Position numbers and translations under genes: made by a program. 64,000 nt of DNA. Origin: Myxococcota bacterium. GTDB taxonomy: Bacteria > Myxococcota_A > UBA9160 > PR03. Below the pieces are notes generated by a model. That model was not told the DNA's origin, searched no databases, and worked only from the letters and a program-made list of their open reading frames with translations. Shown piece by piece: positions 7,746 through 16,351 of this stretch. The DNA lies in assembly GCA_041611735.1 (NCBI GenBank), contig JBFIML010000015.1, forward strand, positions 1 to 64,000, written 5' to 3'. Within the stretch, counting starts at the first letter, position 1. Every line of letters starts with the position of its first letter.

Positions 7746-9716
7746 GTGTCGGATCTCGGCCACTACGCCCTGCGCCTGGCCCTGCTCGTGGCGGTCATCG
7801 GCATCGCCGCCGGTGTGGCCGGGGGCTGGCGCCAGCGGATCGAATGGAGCGCCGTGGCGCGGCGCGCCGTGGTGCTGGTCTTCGTCCTGGTCACGCTGGC
7901 GACCGTCGCACTGTGGGTCGCGCTGGCCAGCAACGATTTCCAGCTGCGCTACGTGGCCCAGCACAGCGCTCGCGGCATGGAGCTTCCCTACCGGCTGGCG
8001 GCGCTGTGGGGAGGCCAGGCCGGGTCGCTCCTGCTGTGGCTGTGGATCTCGTGCCTGTTCGCCGTGGCGGCGGCGGCGTTCCACCGCCGCTCGCCGCTGC
8101 GCTCGCTGCCCTGGGTCTGGGCGCTCCTGCTCGCGAACGCCGGCTTCTTCCTGGTGCTGCTCAACTTCGTGACGAGCCCCTTCGAGAAGCTTCCGCCCGC
8201 CGAGGTCCTGTCCGACGGCAGCGGCCTGAACCCCCTGCTCCAGCATCCGCTCATGACCATCCATCCGGTGCTGCTGTACGCCGGCTTCACCGGCTTCTCG
8301 GTCCCCTTCGCCTTTGCCTTCGGCGCGCTCCTGAGCGGCGACCACGGCACGGCCTGGCTGCGGGCGACGCGTCGCTGGACGCTCATCCCCTGGTTCTTCC
8401 TGAGCGTGGGCATCCTGCTGGGCGGGCGGTGGGCCTACGAGGTGCTCGGCTGGGGGGGCTACTGGGCCTGGGACCCGGTGGAAAACGCCTCCTTCATGCC
8501 GTGGCTGCCGGCCACCGCGTATCTGCATTCGGTCATGATCCAGGAAAAGCGGGACATGATGAAGCTCTGGAACCTGGTACTGATCGGGCTCACCTACTCG
8601 CTGTGCCTGTTCGGCACCTTCCTGACCCGCAGCGGCGTGATCTCCTCGGTCCACTCCTTCACGGCGGCCGGGTGGTTCGGCTTCATCTTCCTCGGCTGGG
8701 TGGTGGCCGCCGCCGGGGCCTATTTCGCGGTGCTCTGGATGCGTCGCGACTCCCTGCGCAGCCCGAACCGGCTCGAATCGGTCCTCTCCCGCGAAGCGAG
8801 CTTCGTGCTCAACAACTGGGCCTTCATGGGGATCCTGGTCGTCGTCTTCTGGGGCACGCTCTTCCCGGTGGTGTCCGAGGCCGTGCGCGGGGTCAAGATC
8901 TCCGTGGGCCCTCGCTTCTTCAACGCCATGACCGGTCCCCTGGCGGTCCTGCTGCTGTTCCTGACCGGCGTGGGACCGCTGATCGCCTGGCGCCGCGCGT
9001 CCCCGGCCAGTCTGCGTCGGCAATTCCGCCTGCCGCTGGCCGCCGGCGCGGGGACGGCCGCGGGGCTGCTGCTGGCGTTCGGGAGCGGCATCAAGCTCTA
9101 TCCGCTGGTCTTCTTCTCGCTGGGAGCCTTCGTCGTGGGCACCATCTCCCAGGAGTACGGACGCGCGGTGCGCGCTCGCATGCGAGGCAGCGGGGAGTCG
9201 GCGCTGCGCGCCCTCGCCACCCTGCTGCGCAAGAACCAGCGCCGCTACGGCGGCTACGTGGTGCACCTCGGCGTGGTCTTCATCCTGATCGGGATCGCCG
9301 GCGCGGCCTTCAACGAGGAACGGCTCGAGAACCTGAAGCCCGGCGAGCGGCTGGCCATGAACGGCTACACCCTGGAGTACCTGACGGCGCGACCGCTCCC
9401 CCAGCAACACTACGGCGGCGCCGTGGCCCGTCTGGCCCTCTTCGAAGGGAACCGCCCGCTGGGGGTGCTGACGCCCGAGAAGCGCATGTACTGGCTGGAG
9501 CAGCAGCCCGCATCCATTCCCGCGATCCGGTCGACCCTGCGCGAAGACCTCTACGTGATCCTGACGGCCCTCGAGTCCGACGGCTCCGCCACGCTCAAGA
9601 TCCACCGCAACCCGCTGGTGAACTGGATCTGGATCGGCGGCTACACCTTCGTGCTCGGGGCTCTGCTGGTCCTCTGGCCACACCCCCAACGGCGCCCCGG
9701 CCGCGACGCTCGATGA
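7746..9716 (+). CDS. ccmF: Cytochrome c heme lyase CcmF
   Basis: 'GLNPLLQHP', WWD motif 'WGGYWAWDPVENAS', 'RSG..SVHSF'. Confidence 0.95.
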   Translation: MSDLGHYALRLALLVAVIGIAAGVAGGWRQRIEWSAVARRAVVLVFVLVTLATVALWVALASNDFQLRYVAQHSARGMELPYRLAALWGGQAGSLLLWLWISCLFAVAAAAFHRRSPLRSLPWVWALLLANAGFFLVLLNFVTSPFEKLPPAEVLSDGSGLNPLLQHPLMTIHPVLLYAGFTGFSVPFAFAFGALLSGDHGTAWLRATRRWTLIPWFFLSVGILLGGRWAYEVLGWGGYWAWDPVENASFMPWLPATAYLHSVMIQEKRDMMKLWNLVLIGLTYSLCLFGTFLTRSGVISSVHSFTAAGWFGFIFLGWVVAAAGAYFAVLWMRRDSLRSPNRLESVLSREASFVLNNWAFMGILVVVFWGTLFPVVSEAVRGVKISVGPRFFNAMTGPLAVLLLFLTGVGPLIAWRRASPASLRRQFRLPLAAGAGTAAGLLLAFGSGIKLYPLVFFSLGAFVVGTISQEYGRAVRARMRGSGESALRALATLLRKNQRRYGGYVVHLGVVFILIGIAGAAFNEERLENLKPGERLAMNGYTLEYLTARPLPQQHYGGAVARLALFEGNRPLGVLTPEKRMYWLEQQPASIPAIRSTLREDLYVILTALESDGSATLKIHRNPLVNWIWIGGYTFVLGALLVLWPHPQRRPGRDAR

Positions 9717-11542
9717 AAAGCGCCCGCCTGGCGTGGCTCGTGCTCGCGTTGGCGGGCCCCGCCGCGGCCCAGGCCCCGTCCGCCCCGACGGGCGACGTGC
9801 CCCCCGGCCCCGCCACCTTGCGCGGGCGGGTGGTCGTGTCCGAGAGCGGAGCGCCCGCGCCCCAGGCGGAGGTGGTGCTCTACGCCCTTCCGGGCCGCGG
9901 TGCGCCCGGGGTGCGCCGCACCGAGAGCGACACCGAGGGGCGCTTCGCCTTCTCCGGCATCTCCGCCGATCCGAGCACCGCCTACCTGGTGGGGGCGCGC
10001 TGGCAGGGGGTTCCCTTCCCCGGAGACCGCGTGTCCTTCGCCGCCGGCGAGACCGAGCGCCAGGTGGAGATCCGGGTCAGCCCCCTCACCCAGGACGCCA
10101 CGAGCCTCGCGGTGGTGGAGACGGAGCTGCGCTTCGAGTGGGTGGGCGATCGGCTGGCCGTGAGCGAGGTCCACCGGCTGCGCAACGGCGGCACCCGCAC
10201 CATCTACGTGCCCGAAGCCGCCCGGGGTCCGGGGCGTGCCGCCTTCCGCGCCGAGCTTCCCGAGGGCGCCGAGGACTTCCGCATGCCCCTGGGCATCGAG
10301 CCGGAGGGCCTGGTGCGGCGGGGCCGGGAGCTGGCCTTCCACGGACCGCTCTACCCGGGCGAGCAGGAGCTCGGCTTCTCGTACCGGCTCCCGGCATCCG
10401 GAGCCCGGCTCGCGGTGGAGAAGCGGCTGCCCTCCGGCGCCGGGCGCCTGGTCGTTCGGGTGCCGGAGGCGGGCCCCCAGGTGGAGTCCGCCGCTCTCGT
10501 CGCCGACGACCCGACCGTTCTCCAGGGCCGCCGCTACCGCCAGCTCTCGCGCAGCGGGCTCGCCCCGGGCAGCCGCGTGCAGCTGAGCTTCGAGCTACCG
10601 CCCGTGCGCATCGACCGGGATGCGGTTTCGCTCGCCGAGACGCGCGTCTTCCTGGAGTACGACGACGCCGTCCTGCTCGTGAACGAAGAGCACCTGCTGC
10701 GGGTGGCGGGAGATGCGCACGTGGCGGCCCCCCCGGACGGCCACCTGCTGCGTCTGCCGCTTCCGCCCGAGGCCGAGGACCTGCGTTTCGACACGGGGTC
10801 CTTCGACTTCGGCCTGCTGCCGAGCGACGACGGCGGCGTGGAGCTGCGGGGCCCGCTCCCGCCCGGCGACTCCCAGGTCCAGATCGTCTACCGGATTCCC
10901 CTGTCCGCAGCCACCGTCCGCTTCGAGCGGCGCTTCACGCGGCCCCTCCCGCTGCTCTCGGTCTACGTGGTGGACACGGGGCTGCTGGCCCGCTCGGAGC
11001 GTCTGCACCGCCGGAGGCCCGTGCGCAGCGGGGAGCGCACCTTCCTGCATCTGGAGGCCTTCCAGATCGAGCCCGACGAGCCCGTGACGCTGAGCCTGGC
11101 GCCGCTCCCTCCGCGCCCCCGGCTGCCCCGCGCCGCGGTGCTGGCGCTGGTGGGGCTCGCCGCGGCCCTGGCCATCGGGGTACTGACCGCGCCGCTGCGG
11201 CGGGGCGCTGCGGGCGAGCTGGATCTGGACGCCGAGGAGGACGTCGCCCGGGACGAACGGGAGGCGGTCTACGCCGCGATCCGCGACCTGGAGCACGATC
11301 ACGAGACCGGGAAGCTCTCGGAGGCGGACTACGCCAGCCTGCGCCGGGAGCTACGGGCCCGGGCGGCGGCGCTCCTGCGCGACGAACGGCAGGACGCAGT
11401 GGCCCCGGTCCCGGAGCGGACGCCGGCGCGCTGCCCGTCCTGCGGAAGCGAGCCCCGGCCCGAAGACCGTTTCTGCGCCCGCTGTGGCGAACGCCTGGCG
11501 GTGGCACCGGCTCGCGAGCAGCGGCACGGGGCCTCCGGTTGA
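9713..11542 (+). CDS. Exported multidomain protein: carboxypeptidase-regulatory-like domain, duplicated beta domain, TM, CcmI-like helix, C-terminal zinc ribbon
   Basis: Signal peptide; internal repeat; 'IRDLEHDHETGKLSEADY'; 'CPSCG...FCARCG'; translationally coupled within ccm operon. Confidence 0.7.
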   Translation: MKSARLAWLVLALAGPAAAQAPSAPTGDVPPGPATLRGRVVVSESGAPAPQAEVVLYALPGRGAPGVRRTESDTEGRFAFSGISADPSTAYLVGARWQGVPFPGDRVSFAAGETERQVEIRVSPLTQDATSLAVVETELRFEWVGDRLAVSEVHRLRNGGTRTIYVPEAARGPGRAAFRAELPEGAEDFRMPLGIEPEGLVRRGRELAFHGPLYPGEQELGFSYRLPASGARLAVEKRLPSGAGRLVVRVPEAGPQVESAALVADDPTVLQGRRYRQLSRSGLAPGSRVQLSFELPPVRIDRDAVSLAETRVFLEYDDAVLLVNEEHLLRVAGDAHVAAPPDGHLLRLPLPPEAEDLRFDTGSFDFGLLPSDDGGVELRGPLPPGDSQVQIVYRIPLSAATVRFERRFTRPLPLLSVYVVDTGLLARSERLHRRRPVRSGERTFLHLEAFQIEPDEPVTLSLAPLPPRPRLPRAAVLALVGLAAALAIGVLTAPLRRGAAGELDLDAEEDVARDEREAVYAAIRDLEHDHETGKLSEADYASLRRELRARAAALLRDERQDAVAPVPERTPARCPSCGSEPRPEDRFCARCGERLAVAPAREQRHGASG

Positions 11543-12249
11543 ACGCTCCCGTCATCGAGGCGCGGGGCCTCGAGAAGCGCTTCGGCCCCGTGGTGGCCCT
11601 CGCCGGCGTGGACCTGGATCTGCCGCGCGGGTGCGTGCTCGCGGTGGTGGGGCCGAACGGGGCGGGCAAGACCACCCTGCTGCGCCTGCTCGCGGGCCTC
11701 GCCCGCCCGACCCGCGGGTGGGTGCGCCTGGAGGGCGTGGCCCGCGGGCGTCGCGAGGCGCGGCGACGCATCGGCTTCATCGGGCACGCCACCTTCCTGT
11801 ACCCGGCCTTGACCGCCCGCGAGAACCTGCTCTTCGCGGCTCGACTCTACGGGGTCTCCGACCCGGCGGGCCGCGCGGAGGCGCTGCTCGCCCGCCAGGG
11901 CCTCGCGCAGGTGGCGGACCAGCCCGCCGGCTCCTTCTCGCGGGGCATGGCCCAGCGTCTGGCCATCGCGCGCGGGCTGGTCCACGACCCCCAGGTGGTG
12001 CTCCTCGACGAGCCCTTCACCGGCCTCGACCGGCCGGCGGCGGACCGTCTGGACGCCCAGCTCCGCAACCTGCGCACCGAGGGGCGCACCTGTGTCCTCG
12101 CCACCCACGACCTGGCCCGGGCGGCGGCCGTGGCGGACCGCGCCCTCGTGCTCTCCCGAGGCCGGGTCGCCCACGCCGCGGAGGGCGCGCCGCTGGTGGG
12201 CGAGACCCTGGAGCGCGCCTACCTGGCGGCCGTGGACGGCTCGGCATGA
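11539..12249 (+). CDS. ccmA: Heme export ABC ATPase CcmA
   Basis: 'GPNGAGKT', 'FSRGM', 'LLDEP'; TTG start; operon context. Confidence 0.88.
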   Translation: MNAPVIEARGLEKRFGPVVALAGVDLDLPRGCVLAVVGPNGAGKTTLLRLLAGLARPTRGWVRLEGVARGRREARRRIGFIGHATFLYPALTARENLLFAARLYGVSDPAGRAEALLARQGLAQVADQPAGSFSRGMAQRLAIARGLVHDPQVVLLDEPFTGLDRPAADRLDAQLRNLRTEGRTCVLATHDLARAAAVADRALVLSRGRVAHAAEGAPLVGETLERAYLAAVDGSA

Positions 12250-12911
12250 GCGTCTTCCTGGCCATCCTCTGGAAGGATCTGGTCACGGAATGGCGCAGCC
12301 GCGACCGCGTAATCGCCATGGGGCTGTTCGCCCTGCTGGTGGTCGTCGTGTTCCACTTCGCGCTCCCGGAGGCCGGCGCCGACCGCCTCCGCCCCGCGCT
12401 GCCGGGTCTGCTCTGGGTGGCCTACGTGTTCGCAGCCATGCTCGGCTTGAACCGCGCCTTCGCGGTGGAGCTCGAAAACGATGCGCTCGCGGGCCTCGCG
12501 CTGGTGCCGGCGGATCGCGGCTGGATCTTCCTGGGCAAGGCCGCGGCGAACTGGATCCTGCTGGGCGTGGTCCAGGCGGCCACCGCGGTGGCCTTCGCCC
12601 TCGCCTTCGACGTGCGGCTGGCCGCCGTGGCCGTGCCCCTGAGCGGGGTGGTGGCCCTCGGCTCCCTGGGTCTGTGCTCGATCGGGACGCTCTTCGCGGC
12701 CATTTCGGTGCGCACCCAGTACCGGGAGGTGATGCTGCCGCTGCTGCTGCTGCCGCTGCTGGTGCCCGTCCTGCTCGGCGCCGTGGACGCCACCGCCCAG
12801 CTTCTGGACGAGGGACGCGTCTCCTTCGCCCCCCTCCAGCTGCTGCTCGTGACCAACGCGGTGTTTCTGATAGTCTCGTTCGTCGGCTTCGAATACGTGC
12901 TCGACGAGTGA
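12246..12911 (+). CDS. ccmB: Heme exporter permease CcmB
   Basis: 'WKDL..EWR', 'FLGK', 'REVMLPLLLLPL'. Confidence 0.9.
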   Translation: MSVFLAILWKDLVTEWRSRDRVIAMGLFALLVVVVFHFALPEAGADRLRPALPGLLWVAYVFAAMLGLNRAFAVELENDALAGLALVPADRGWIFLGKAAANWILLGVVQAATAVAFALAFDVRLAAVAVPLSGVVALGSLGLCSIGTLFAAISVRTQYREVMLPLLLLPLLVPVLLGAVDATAQLLDEGRVSFAPLQLLLVTNAVFLIVSFVGFEYVLDE

Positions 12912-13627
12912 TGGCCATGAATGCAGCTCCCTCCGGTGGCCTGGCGGACCGTCTTCGCGTGCCGAGCGGCCTGCTGCTCGGCGTGCTGGCCCTGCTCTGG
13001 CTCGGGAGCGTGGTGCGCGCGCCCGAGGACCAGATGCAGGGCGTGATCCAGAAGATCCTCTACGTACACGTGCCGGTGGTGTTCGCCGCCTACCTGGGCT
13101 TCTTCCTGACGGCCCTGGGCGGGGCCCTGTTCCTCTGGCGCGACGACGAGCGCTACGACCGGCTGGCGCGCTCGGCGGCGGAGGTGGGGGTGCTGTTCTG
13201 CACCCTGGTGCTCGTCACCGGCCCGATCTGGGCCCGGGGGACCTGGGGACGCTGGTGGTCCTGGGACCTGCGCCTCACGCTGACCCTGCTGCTCTGGTTC
13301 GTGTACCTGGCCTACCTGCTGCTGCGGGGCTTCACGGAGAGCAGCCATCGGGCGGCCCGCTTCGCCGCGGTCTACGGGATCGTGGGGGTGTTGACGATTC
13401 CCCTCAACTACTTCGCCATCGACCTGGCGGCGGGCCGGACCCTCCATCCCGAGAATCTGGGGCGAGGCAGCCTGGGGGCGGGGATGGGCTGGCCCTTCGC
13501 CCTGGGCCTGGCCACCGCCGCAGCCGCCCTGCTGCACCTGGTGGCGCGGCGGGTGGAGTTGGAGGGGTTGCGGGAGGAATTGATCCGCCGGCGCGCGGGA
13601 GCCCGGGAGGGCGCGTGGACTACCTGA
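12911..13627 (+). CDS. ccmC: Heme exporter CcmC
   Basis: 'YVHVP', WWD motif 'WGRWWSWDLRLT', 'LHP'. Confidence 0.92.
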   Translation: MAMNAAPSGGLADRLRVPSGLLLGVLALLWLGSVVRAPEDQMQGVIQKILYVHVPVVFAAYLGFFLTALGGALFLWRDDERYDRLARSAAEVGVLFCTLVLVTGPIWARGTWGRWWSWDLRLTLTLLLWFVYLAYLLLRGFTESSHRAARFAAVYGIVGVLTIPLNYFAIDLAAGRTLHPENLGRGSLGAGMGWPFALGLATAAAALLHLVARRVELEGLREELIRRRAGAREGAWTT

Positions 13628-13746
13628 TCGCGGCCTATGCCCTCGGCGTCGGGGCCCCGCTGCTCTACGGCCTCCACCTGGCCCGGCAGCGCCGGGCCGT
13701 CCACCGGGCCCTCCGGCCCCCGGGGACCAGCCGAAATCCCGGTTGA
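13615..13746 (+). CDS. ccmD: Small membrane protein, CcmD-like
   Basis: 43 aa, 'YLIAAY' + TM + basic tail, overlapping ccmC end. Confidence 0.65.
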   Translation: MDYLIAAYALGVGAPLLYGLHLARQRRAVHRALRPPGTSRNPG

Positions 13747-13771
13747 CATCCGCGCGACGTGCAAGTATAAG
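13743..13771 (+). promoter_or_regulatory. Near-consensus sigma70 promoter
   Basis: TTGACA-N17-TATAAG. Confidence 0.7.
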
Positions 13772-13861
13772 CAAAGGGTCTGTAAGCCGCGGCGTTTGTT
13801 GCCATTTTTCTGATCGAGGCAGCGGTCTTGACCCCTCCCCCCCACGGGATCGGTGCATATT

Positions 13862-14162
13862 CCGCCGGCGAGCCCGGCTTGCTGCGCCAGGCTTTGCGCA
13901 GCCGGGGCCGCTCGAGGCGGGCATGGGAAGCGCGCTTCCCACATGAGGGCCCGTGAGCCCTCCCGGCCGACACCAAGGGGAATGCGGCCCCGCCGCAGGG
14001 AGTCGGCAGGAACCGACCGGAAGCGCCCGCCCGGACTCCGGTGGCGCTCCCGCATCCGCCGAGAGGCATGCGTCTTGCTAGGTCGCTCCAACGGGCCCGG
14101 GAGCACCTGGAACTCCAGGGCGGGTGACGCCATGGAGACGAGACGGGGCCCGGGAGGCGGTC
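13862..14162 (+). ncRNA. Candidate structured RNA / long 5' leader (unassigned)
   Basis: At least 8 consecutive stem-loops, including an 18-bp perfect palindrome and a GAGA tetraloop; no credible ORF; downstream of a strong promoter. Confidence 0.45.
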
Positions 14163-14181
14163 CAAACCGAGGATGGCCAGC

Positions 14182-14670
14182 ATGAAGCGGGGCGTCGGAT
14201 ACTGCGAGAACACCGACTGCGAGGACTACGCCAAGGGCGTCTTCCTGCTCAACCACGGCGACACCTTCTACTGCCCGCGTTGTCGCCAGCTAGGCAAGGT
14301 GGAGAAGGAGCGCGGGTTCTATACCGGCAACTCCGATGTCTTCAAGGAAGTCCGCTGCGAGTACAACTTCGACCCCATCAACGGCGTCTACCGCGAGATT
14401 GCCATCGTGCGTGACGAGAGCTTGTGGGGCCGCAACAACGTCTACACGCTGCAGTCCCCCCTGATCAAGACGGAGAAGCGCGCGCTCAAGGTCGCCGAGG
14501 CGATCCTGGCCAACTTGAATCGCTACCGCGGACTGCTGAATGGCGACGAGATCCCGCGTACCACCGAGATCATCCTGTCCTTCGACGAGCCCCTCGACGA
14601 GTTCACGCGCAAGCTGGGACAGCTCAGCAAGGAGTGGGAGGCGAGCGGCTTACGCGAGACGCGCCGCTAG
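14182..14670 (+). CDS. Hypothetical protein with Cys4 zinc-ribbon-like N-terminus
   Basis: CxxxxC-x17-CxxC; GAGG SD; clean AAC/TTC/TAC/AAG-rich codon usage. Confidence 0.85.
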   Translation: MKRGVGYCENTDCEDYAKGVFLLNHGDTFYCPRCRQLGKVEKERGFYTGNSDVFKEVRCEYNFDPINGVYREIAIVRDESLWGRNNVYTLQSPLIKTEKRALKVAEAILANLNRYRGLLNGDEIPRTTEIILSFDEPLDEFTRKLGQLSKEWEASGLRETRR

Positions 14671-15686
14671 GAGTCCGGGGCGGGCCAGTACGCGCCGGGC
14701 GCCGGCGTCGGAGCGCGGTAGAGCCCGGTTCGCACGCGCACTCCCAGGGCCTGGCCCACCGCGCGCATGGTCTCCGGGCAGAAGGCGTAGGTGCGCAGTC
14801 GCGCGATCCGCCCGTCCTGCTCCTCGAAGCGGAACACAACCTCCAGGGCCTCGCGCCCCCGGCGGGTGACGAACCACAGCAGGATCGGCTCGCCTTCGAA
14901 CTCGCCGCGCTCGACGCGCAGCGAGTCGGGTTGGAATTCCAGGGGCCACTCGTCGTGGCCGTGGACCACGCGGTAGAGGATGTTGCGGTCGGTGCGCTCG
15001 AAGCTCTGGCGGCCGCACTGGAGCGCTTCGCCCACGTTCTCCACCGAGCCAGCGTCGAGCATCAGCGCGGTCAGGCCCTTCAGGTCCTTGGCGTTGTACC
15101 GCTCGATGAAGCGGTCCAGGAGGTCCCGAGACGGCACCGGCCGGCGCGAAGCCGCCGCGCCCTCGGGCTCGCGCAGGCGGCCCCGGCCACGGTGCAGCGC
15201 GGCCTTCACGGCGCCCGGGGTGGTGGCGAGCAGCTCGGCGATCTCCTCGAGGCTCAGGTCGAAGAGCTCCTTCAGCAGCACCGCGGCGCGCTCCTGGGGG
15301 GAGAGGCGCTGCAGGAGCCGGGATCCCGCATCGCGTACGTCGCCCGCCACCGCGGGATCGGTGCCGCTTGCCGGGACCGACTCGGGCTGCACCCGGGGGG
15401 TGCGGGCCTGCGTATCCCGGCGGCGCAGCTCGTCGATCCAGACGTTCGTCGCCGTGCGCAGCAGATAGGCACGTGGGTTGCGGATCTCGTGGTTGAAGAG
15501 GCCCAGGTGCCCGAAGGCCCGCAGCAACGTGTCCTGGACCAGGTCCTCGGCGTCCCAGACGTTTCCGGCCAGGCGGCGGCAGTAGCCGTAGAGGGCCGGC
15601 CGCAGCGGCACGAGCATGTCGACGTAGCGGTGCCAGGCCCTCCGCAGGTCGTCGCGCAGTGCGTCCGGAGTCTCCAGCTCGGCCAT
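14667..15686 (-). CDS. ECF sigma factor with SnoaL-like C-terminal extension
   Basis: 'DAEDLVQDTLLRA', 'ATNVWIDELRR', 'EIAELL...VKAALHRGR', then 'LLDRFIERYNAKD'. Confidence 0.88.
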   Translation of the reverse strand: MAELETPDALRDDLRRAWHRYVDMLVPLRPALYGYCRRLAGNVWDAEDLVQDTLLRAFGHLGLFNHEIRNPRAYLLRTATNVWIDELRRRDTQARTPRVQPESVPASGTDPAVAGDVRDAGSRLLQRLSPQERAAVLLKELFDLSLEEIAELLATTPGAVKAALHRGRGRLREPEGAAASRRPVPSRDLLDRFIERYNAKDLKGLTALMLDAGSVENVGEALQCGRQSFERTDRNILYRVVHGHDEWPLEFQPDSLRVERGEFEGEPILLWFVTRRGREALEVVFRFEEQDGRIARLRTYAFCPETMRAVGQALGVRVRTGLYRAPTPAPGAYWPAPDS

Positions 15687-15783
15687 GCCCCGACCTCCCG
15701 CGGCCGATCCCACCGCTCACCCCGTCATGACGGGTGAGCCCGGGTCCAGGATACGGGGGAATGCCCCGGCAGCGCCGAGCTCG

Positions 15784-16218
15784 TCAGCGGGGGTCCAGAC
15801 GCCACAGCCAATGGCTCTGGGACGGGGGATCTTCGGGCGTCCCACCGAGCACCCGGATCCGCTCGGCGGGATCCGTGATGCGGACCGCCCTTCCCTCGTA
15901 GACCTTGCCAGCGATCCGGACCCGCACCCGGGAGTCCTCGGCCACCATCGCCGGCCACCGCTTCCTCGGGGCCAGAATCGACCCCACGTACAGCCGACCC
16001 TCACGCTGCATGCAGTTCGCCCGCACGGAATGGGGATGCTCCGGCCTGACCTCGATGGCGCAGGCGCTCGACTCCCCGATGAAGCGCCAGTCCTCCACCG
16101 CTTCCGTGACGAGTTCGCCCTGGAGCGCTCCGCCCGGGAAGACCCCGCACGGACCCGACCCCAGCGTGGCCCACGCGAGGCCGACACAGAGCGCGGTGGC
16201 GAAGCTGCTGCGTTTCAT
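15784..16218 (-). CDS. Exported hypothetical protein, split-barrel (DUF2255/PNPOx-like) fold suspected
   Basis: Signal peptide; 'PGGALQG', 'W...DSRVRVRIAGKVYEGRA'. Confidence 0.6.
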   Translation of the reverse strand: MKRSSFATALCVGLAWATLGSGPCGVFPGGALQGELVTEAVEDWRFIGESSACAIEVRPEHPHSVRANCMQREGRLYVGSILAPRKRWPAMVAEDSRVRVRIAGKVYEGRAVRITDPAERIRVLGGTPEDPPSQSHWLWRLDPR

Positions 16219-16351
16219 GGTTGATTCCAGGGTATGCTGGTGCGCAGTCGCATGTCCAGGTCGCCGCCCGACACGGCGCTGGAGCGTGGCCGGCCGGCCG
16301 CGTCCCCCGCGGAGCGCCCGGTCCGGGTCCACCGGATGGGGGTTTGGCAGC

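Noticed and set aside
13974-14025. AAGGGGAATGCGG resembling a cobalamin riboswitch; CAGG...GGAAGC resembling SRP RNA
   Set aside because: Lacks the T-loop, ACTG/GCCACTG and B12 box; lacks the SRP GNRA-capped helix 8 geometry
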